A stretch of 64,000 nucleotides of DNA. Origin: Auanema rhodensis. Its lineage: Eukaryota > Animalia > Nematoda. This document shows positions 55,795-64,000 of this stretch, piece by piece. The notes under the pieces were generated by a model, which made no database searches, was not told the origin of the DNA, and worked only from the letters and a program-made list of their open reading frames with translations. Made by a program: the position numbers and the translations under genes. The stretch is taken from contig CAXKVF010000074.1 in NCBI GenBank assembly GCA_964057225.1, positions 372,001 through 436,000 of the forward strand. The letters are read 5' to 3'. Position 1 is the stretch's first letter. The number at the start of each line of letters is the position of its first letter.

Positions 55795-58700
55795 CAAATT
55801 TTTATTGATATTGGTGCATGGTAACCATGACTTTGAATTTTACGTGAACTTTAATTTATGCTAATTAAATGTACACGTGATGTGCACTTGGTATGTAACT
55901 CGCTTCACGTGAAAGATAAAGAGATGCGGTTTTCAAAATTAGATTCCCCATGTCCATATTAGTCTAAAAACAAATTTTTATTGATATTGGTTCATGGTAA
56001 CCATGACTTTGAAATTTACGTGAACTTTAATTTATGCTAATTAAATGTACACGTGATGTGCACTTGGTATGTAACTCGCTTCACGTGAAAGATAAAGAGA
56101 TGCGGTTTTCAAAATTAGATTCCCCATGTCCATATTAGTCTAAAAACAAATTTTTATTGATATTGGTTCATGGTAACCATGACTTTGAAATTTACGTGAA
56201 CTTTAATTTATGCTAATTAAATGTACACGTGATGTGCACTTGGTATGTAACTCGCTTCACGTGTAAGATAAAGAGATGCGGTTTTCAAAATTAGATTCCC
56301 CATGTCCATATTAGTCTAAAAACAAATTTTTATAAATATTGGTGCATGGTAACCATGACTTTGAAATTTACGTGAACTTTAATTTATGCTAATTAAATGT
56401 ACACGTGATGTGCTCTTGGTATGTAACTCGCTTCACGTGAAAGATAAAGAGATGCGGTTTTCAAAATTAGATTCCCCATGTCCATATTAGTCTAAAAACA
56501 AATTTTTATTGATATTGGTTCATGGTAACCATGACTTTGAAATTTACGTGAACTTTAATTTATGCTAATTAAATGTACACGTGATGTGCACTTGGTATGT
56601 AACTCGCTTCACGTGAAAGATAAAGAGATGCGGTTTTCAAAATTAGATTCCCCATGTCCATATTAGTCTAAAAACAAATTTTTATTGATATTGGTTCATG
56701 GTAACCATGACTTTGAAATTTACGTGAACTTTAATTTATGCTAATTAAATGTACACGTGATGTGCACTTGGTATGTAACTCGCTTCACGTGAAAGATAAA
56801 GAGATGCGGTTTTCAAAATTAGATTCCCCATGTCCATATTAGTCTAAAAACAAATTTTTATTGATATTGGTTCATGGTAACCATGACTTTGAAATTTACG
56901 TGAACTTTAATTTATGCTAATTAAATGTACACGTGATGTGCACTTGGTATGTAACTCGCTTCACGTGAAAGTTAAAGAGATGCGGTTTTCAAAATTAGAT
57001 TCCCCATGTCCATATTAGTCTAAAAACAAATTTTTATTGATATTGGTGCATGGTAACCATGACTTTGAAATTTACGTGAACTTTAATTTATGCTAATTAA
57101 ATGTACACGTGATGTGCTCTTGGTATGTAACTCGCTTCACGTGAAAGATAAAGAGATGCGGTTTTCAAAATTAGATTACCCATGTCCATATTAGTCTAAA
57201 AACAAATTTTTATTGATATTGGTGCATGGTAACCATGACTTTGAAATTTACGTGAACTTTAATTTATGCTAATTAAATGTACACGTGATGTGCTCTTGGT
57301 ATGTAACTCGCTTCACGTGAAAGATAAAGAGATGCGGTTTTCAAAATTAGATTACCCATGTCCATAATAGTCTAAAAACAAATTTTTATTGATATTGGTG
57401 CATGGTAACCATGACTTTGAAATTTACGTGAACTTTAATTTATGCTAATTAAATGTACACGTGATGTGCACTTGGTATGTAACTCGCTTCACGTGAAAGA
57501 TAAAGAGATGCGGTTTTCAAAATTAGATTCCCCATGTCCATATTAGTCTAAAAACAAATTTTTATTGATATTGGTTCATGGTAACCATGACTTTGAAATT
57601 TACGTGAACTTTAATTTATGCTAATTAAATGTACACGTGATGTGCACTTGGTATGTAACTCGCTTCACGTGAAAGATAAAGAGATGCGGTTTTCAAAATT
57701 AGATCCCCCATGTCCATATTAGTCTAAATACTAATTTTTATTGATATTGGTGCATGGTAACCATGACTTTGAAATTTACGTGAACTTTAATTTATGCTAA
57801 TTAAATGTACACGTGATGTGCACTTGGTATGTAACTCGCTTCACGTGAAAGATAAAGAGATGCGGTTTTCAAAATTAGATTCCCCATGTCCATATTAGTC
57901 TAAAAACAAATTTTTATTGATATTGGTGCATGGTAACCATGACTTTGAATTTTACGTGAACTTTAATTTATGCTAATTAAATGTACACGTGATGTGCACT
58001 TGGTATGTAACTCGCTTCACGTGAAAGATAAAGAGATGCGGTTTTCAAAATTAGATTCCCCATGTCCATATTAGTCTAAAAACAAATTTTTATTGATATT
58101 GGTTCATGGTAACCATGACTTTGAAATTTACGTGAACTTTAATTTATGCTAATTAAATGTACACGTGATGTGCACTTGGTATGTAACTCGCTTCACGTGT
58201 AAGATAAAGAGATGCGGTTTTCAAAATTAGATTCCCCATGTCCATATTAGTCTAAAAACAAATTTTTATAAATATTGGTGCATGGTAACCATGACTTTGA
58301 AATTTACGTGAACTTTAATTTATGCTAATTAAATGTACACGTGATGTGCTCTTGGTATGTAACTCGCTTCACGTGAAAGATAAAGAGATGCGGTTTTCAA
58401 AATTAGATTCCCCATGTCCATATTAGTCTAAAAACAAATTTTTATTGATATTGGTTCATGGTAACCATGACTTTGAAATTTACGTGAACTTTAATTTATG
58501 CTAATTAAATGTACACGTGATGTGCACTTGGTATGTAACTCGCTTCACGTGAAAGATAAAGAGATGCGGTTTTCAAAATTAGATTCCCCATGTCCATATT
58601 AGTCTAAAAACAAATTTTTATTGATATTGGTTCATGGTAACCATGACTTTGAAATTTACGTGAACTTTAATTTATGCTAATTAAATGTACACGTGATGTG

Positions 58701-61700
58701 CACTTGGTATGTAACTCGCTTCACGTGAAAGTTAAAGAGATGCGGTTTTCAAAATTAGATTCCCCATGTCCATATTAGTCTAAAAACAAATTTTTATTGA
58801 TATTGGTGCATGGTAACCATGACTTTGAAATTTACGTGAACTTTAATTTATGCTAATTAAATGTACACGTGATGTGCACTTGGTATGTAACTCGCTTCAC
58901 GTGAAAGTTAAAGAGATGCGGTTTTCAAAATTAGATTCCCCATGTCCATATTAGTCTAAAAACAAATTTTTATTGATATTGGTGCATGGTAACCATGACT
59001 TTGAAATTTACGTGAACTTTAATTTATGCTAATTAAATGTACACGTGATGTGCACTTGGTATGTAACTCGCTTCACGTGAAAGATAAAGAGATGCGGTTT
59101 TCAAAATTAGATTCCCCATGTCCATATTAGTCTAAAAACAAATTTTTATTGATATTGGTGCATGGTAACCATGACTTTGAATTTTACGTGAACTTTAATT
59201 TATGCTAATTAAATGTACACGTGATGTGCACTTGGTATGTAACTCGCTTCACGTGAAAGATAAAGAGATGCGGTTTTCAAAATTAGATTCCCCATGTCCA
59301 TATTAGTCTAAAAACAAATTTTTATTGATATTGGTTCATGGTAACCATGACTTTGAAATTTACGTGAACTTTAATTTATGCTAATTAAATGTACACGTGA
59401 TGTGCACTTGGTATGTAACTCGCTTCACGTGAAAGATAAAGAGATGCGGTTTTCAAAATTAGATTCCCCATGTCCATATTAGTCTAAAAACAAATTTTTA
59501 TTGATATTGGTTCATGGTAACCATGACTTTGAAATTTACGTGAACTTTAATTTATGCTAATTAAATGTACACGTGATGTGCACTTGGTATGTAACTCGCT
59601 TCACGTGAAAGATAAAGAGATGCGGTTTTCAAAATTAGATTCCCCATGTCCATATTAGTCTAAAAACAAATTTTTATTGATATTGGTGCATGGTAACCAT
59701 GACTTTGAAATTTACGTGAACTTTAATTTATGCTAATTAAATGTACACGTGATGTGCTCTTGGTATGTAACTCGCTTCACTTGAAAGATAAAGAGATGCG
59801 GTTTTCAAAATTAGATTACCCATGTCCATATTAGTCTAAAAACAAATTTTTATTGATATTGGTGCATGGTAACCATGACTTTGAAATTTACGTGAACTTT
59901 AATTTATGCTAATTAAATGTACACGTGATGTGCTCTTGGTATGTAACTCGCTTCACGTGAAAGATAAAGAGATGCGGTTTTCAAAATTAGATTACCCATG
60001 TCCATAATAGTCTAAAAACAAATTTTTATTGATATTGGTGCATGGTAACCATGACTTTGAAATTTACGTGAACTTTAATTTATGCTAATTAAATGTACAC
60101 GTGATGTGCACTTGGTATGTAACTCGCTTCACGTGAAAGATAAAGAGATGCGGTTTTCAAAATTAGATTCCCCATGTCCATATTAGTCTAAAAACAAATT
60201 TTTATTGATATTGGTTCATGGTAACCATGACTTTGAAATTTACGTGAACTTTAATTTATGCTAATTAAATGTACACGTGATGTGCACTTGGTATGTAACT
60301 CGCTTCACGTGAAAGATAAAGAGATGCGGTTTTCAAAATTAGATCCCCCATGTCCATATTAGTCTAAATACTAATTTTTATTGATATTGGTGCATGGTAA
60401 CCATGACTTTGAAATTTACGTGAACTTTAATTTATGCTAATTAAATGTACACGTGATGTGCACTTGGTATGTAACTCGCTTCACGTGAAAGATAAAGAGA
60501 TGCGGTTTTCAAAATTAGATTCCCCATGTCCATATTAGTCTAAAAACAAATTTTTATTGATATTGGTGCATGGTAACCATGACTTTGAATTTTACGTGAA
60601 CTTTAATTTATGCTAATTAAATGTACACGTGATGTGCACTTGGTATGTAACTCGCTTCACGTGAAAGATAAAGAGATGCGGTTTTCAAAATTAGATTCCC
60701 CATGTCCATATTAGTCTAAAAACAAATTTTTATTGATATTGGTTCATGGTAACCATGACTTTGAAATTTACGTGAACTTTAATTTATGCTAATTAAATGT
60801 ACACGTGATGTGCACTTGGTATGTAACTCGCTTCACGTGTAAGATAAAGAGATGCGGTTTTCAAAATTAGATTCCCCATGTCCATATTAGTCTAAAAACA
60901 AATTTTTATAAATATTGGTGCATGGTAACCATGACTTTGAAATTTACGTGAACTTTAATTTATGCTAATTAAATGTACACGTGATGTGCTCTTGGTATGT
61001 AACTCGCTTCACGTGAAAGATAAAGAGATGCGGTTTTCAAAATTAGATTCCCCATGTCCATATTAGTCTAAAAACAAATTTTTATTGATATTGGTTCATG
61101 GTAACCATGACTTTGAAATTTACGTGAACTTTAATTTATGCTAATTAAATGTACACGTGATGTGCACTTGGTATGTAACTCGCTTCACGTGAAAGAAAAA
61201 GAGATGCGGTTTTCAAAATTAGATTCCCCATGTCCATATTAGTCTAAAAACAAATTTTTATTGATATTGGTTCATGGTAACCATGACTTTGAAATTTACG
61301 TGAACTTTAATTTATGCTAATTAAATGTACACGTGATGTGCACTTGGTATGTAACTCGCTTCACGTGAAAGTTAAAGAGATGCGGTTTTCAAAATTAGAT
61401 TCCCCATGTCCATATTAGTCTAAAAACAAATTTTTATTGATATTGGTGCATGGTAACCATGACTTTGAAATTTACGTGAACTTTAATTTATGCTAATTAA
61501 ATGTACACGTGATGTGCACTTGGTATGTAACTCGCTTCACGTGAAAGTTAAAGAGATGCGGTTTTCAAAATTAGATTCCCCATGTCCATATTAGTCTAAA
61601 AACAAATTTTTATTGATATTGGTGCATGGTAACCATGACTTTGAAATTTACGTGAACTTTAATTTATGCTAATTAAATGTACACGTGATGTGCACTTGGT

Positions 61701-63010
61701 GTGTAACTCGCTTCACGTGAAAGATAAAGAGATGCGGTTTTCAAAATTAGATTCCCCATGTCCATATTAGTCTAAAAACAAATTTTTATTGATATTGGTG
61801 CATGGTAACCATGACTTTGAATTTTACGTGAACTTTAATTTATGCTAATTAAATGTACACGTGATGTGCACTTGGTATGTAACTCGCTTCACGTGAAAGA
61901 TAAAGAGATGCGGTTTTCAAAATTATATTCCCCATGTCCATATTAGTCTAAAAACAAATTTTTATTGATATTGGTGCATGGTAACCATGACTTTGAAATT
62001 TACGTGAACTTTAATTTATGCTAATTAAATGTACACGTGATGTGCACTTGGTATGTAACTCGCTTCACGTGAAAGATAAAGAGATGCGGTTTTCAAAATT
62101 AGATTCCCCATGTCCATATTAGTCTAAAAACAAATTTTTATTGATATTGGTGCATGGTAACCATGACTTTGAATTTTACGTGAACTTTAATTTATGCTAA
62201 TTAAATGTACACGTGATGTGCACTTGGTATGTAACTCGCTTCACGTGAAAGATAAAGAGATGCGGTTTTCAAAATTAGATTCCCCATGTCCATATTAGTC
62301 TAAAAACAAATTTTTATTGATATTGGTTCATGGTAACCATGACTTTGAAATTTACGTGAACTTTAATTTATGCTAATTAAATGTACACGTGATGTGCACT
62401 TGGTATGTAACTCGCTTCACGTGAAAGATAAAGAGATGCGGTTTTCAAAATTAGATTCCCCATGTCCATATTAGTCTAAAAACAAATTTTTATTGATATT
62501 GGTTCATGGTAACCATGACTTTGAAATTTACGTGAACTTTAATTTATGCTAATTAAATGTACACGTGATGTGCACTTGGTATGTAACTCGCTTCACGTGA
62601 AAGATAAAGAGATGCGGTTTTCAAAATTAGATTCCCCATGTCCATATTAGTCTAAAAACAAATTTTTATTGATATTGGTGCATGGTAACCATGACTTTGA
62701 AATTTACGTGAACTTTAATTTATGCTAATTAAATGTACACGTGATGTGCTCTTGGTATGTAACTCGCTTCACGTGAAAGATAAAGAGATGCGGTTTTCAA
62801 AATTAGATTACCCATGTCCATATTAGTCTAAAAACAAATTTTTATTGATATTGGTGCATGGTAACCATGACTTTGAAATTTACGTGAACTTTAATTTATG
62901 CTAATTAAATGTACACGTGATGTGCTCTTGGTATGTAACTCGCTTCACGTGAAAGATAAAGAGATGCGGTTTTCAAAATTAGATTACCCATGTCCATAAT
63001 AGTCTAAAAA
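55795..63010. repeat. Variable-length higher-order repeat (marker offsets of 11, 15 and 17 monomers)
   Basis: A118T followed by TTATAAATATT (T12A+G13A) at 56264/58200/60840; T165A at 57367/60007/62999; T151C haplotype at 57705/60345. Confidence 0.8.
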
Positions 63011-64000
63011 CAAATTTTTATTGATATTGGTGCATGGTAACCATGACTTTGAAATTTACGTGAACTTTAATTTATGCTAATTAAATGTACACGTGATGTG
63101 CACTTGGTATGTAACTCGCTTCACGTGAAAGATAAAGAGATGCGGTTTTCAAAATTAGATTCCTCATGTCCATATTAGTCTAAAAACAAATTTTTATTGA
63201 TATTGGTGCATGGTAACCATGACTTTGAAATTTACGTGAACTTTAATTTATGCTAATTAAATGTACACGTGATGTGCACTTGGTATGTAACTCGCTTCAC
63301 GTGAAAGATAAAGAGATGCGGTTTTCAAAATTAGATTCCCCATGTCCATATTAGTCTAAAAACAAATTTTTATTGATATTGGTTCATGGTAACCATGACT
63401 TTGAAATTTACGTGAACTTTAATTTATGCTAATTAAATGTACACGTGATGTGCACTTGGTATGTAACTCGCTTCACGTGAAAGATAAAGAGATGCGGTTT
63501 TCAAAATTAGATTCCCCATGTCCATATTAGTCTAAAAACAAATTTTTATTGATATTGGTGCATGGTAACCATGACTTTGAAATTTACGTGAACTTTAATT
63601 TATGCTAATTAAATGTACACTTGATGTGCACTTGGTATGTAACTTGCTTCACGTGAAAGATAAAGAGATGCGGTTTTCAAAATTAGATTGCCCATGTCCA
63701 TATTAGTCTAAAAACAAATTTTAATTGATATTGGTTCATGGTAACCATGACTTTGAAATTTACGTGAACTTTAATTTATGCTAATTAAATGTACACGTGA
63801 TGTGCACTTGGTATGTAACTCGCTTCACGTGAAAGATAAAGAGATGCGGTTTTCAAAGTTAGATTCCCCATGTCCATATTAGTCTAAAAACAAATTTTTA
63901 TTGATATTGGTGCATGGTAACCATGACTTTGAAATTTACGTGAACTTTAATTTATGCTAATTAAATGTACACGTGATGTGCACTTGGTATGTAACTCGCT

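Larger units (their letters stand above)
1..64000. repeat. 176-bp tandem satellite array, about 363.6 copies, head-to-tail, extending beyond both window edges
   Basis: CAAATTTTTA recurs at 1, 177, 2641 (15x176+1), 5281 and finally 63891 (363x176+1, plus 2 inserted bases). Most monomers differ from consensus by 0-3 substitutions. Hand count is 56/176 G+C. No non-satellite sequence seen. Confidence 0.99.
1..64000. other. Candidate centromeric/pericentromeric satellite domain (function inferred)
   Basis: Monomer length is about one nucleosome repeat, AT-rich, extremely homogeneous, with local higher-order duplications and no insertions. These are typical of eukaryotic centromeric satellites but not diagnostic. 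Confidence 0.6.

Noticed and set aside
55682-55864. Second 60-aa ORF
   Set aside because: Same A167G read-through (55785). Useful only as a lineage marker.
1-64000. CRISPR array (palindromic repeats at regular spacing)
   Set aside because: There are no unique spacers, since the entire 176 bp is repeated, and no cas genes.
1-64000. Apparent rule that duplication offsets are always odd numbers of monomers
   Set aside because: Even offsets also occur, e.g. C107T at 40413/41117/41469 (4 and 2 monomers) and A92T at 38990/39342 (2 monomers).
1-64000. A single array-wide fixed higher-order repeat
   Set aside because: Marker offsets differ by region (3, 5, 7, 9, 11, 15, 17, 21), so only local duplications are supported.

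Overview
The whole 64 kb window is one uninterrupted, head-to-tail, single-orientation tandem array of a 176-bp AT-rich monomer (about 32% GC; 363 full copies plus 110 bp). It is a highly homogenised eukaryotic-type satellite DNA, plausibly centromeric or pericentromeric. Consensus, phase from position 1: CAAATTTTTATTGATATTGGT[T/G]CATGGTAACCATGACTTTGAAATTTACGTGAACTTTAATTTATGCTAATTAAATGTACACGTGATGTGCACTTGGTATGTAACTCGCTTCACGTGAAAGATAAAGAGATGCGGTTTTCAAAATTAGATTCCCCATGTCCATATTAGTCTAAAAA. I found no genes, RNA genes, transposon insertions, inversions or CRISPR spacers. The two 60-aa ORFs are single TAG>TGG variants of the monomer. I cannot assign the family or organism from sequence alone. The main points of interest are: (i) the monomer is a cryptic ungapped palindrome about position 90.5; (ii) it carries regularly spaced ACGTGA/E-box motifs, including an exact CDEI-type RTCACRTG; (iii) rare variants reveal nested multi-monomer duplications and subfamily domains; (iv) there is almost no CpG decay and almost no length variation. 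Variant notation is consensus base, monomer position, new base; mN is the Nth monomer. All variant calls were read by eye.
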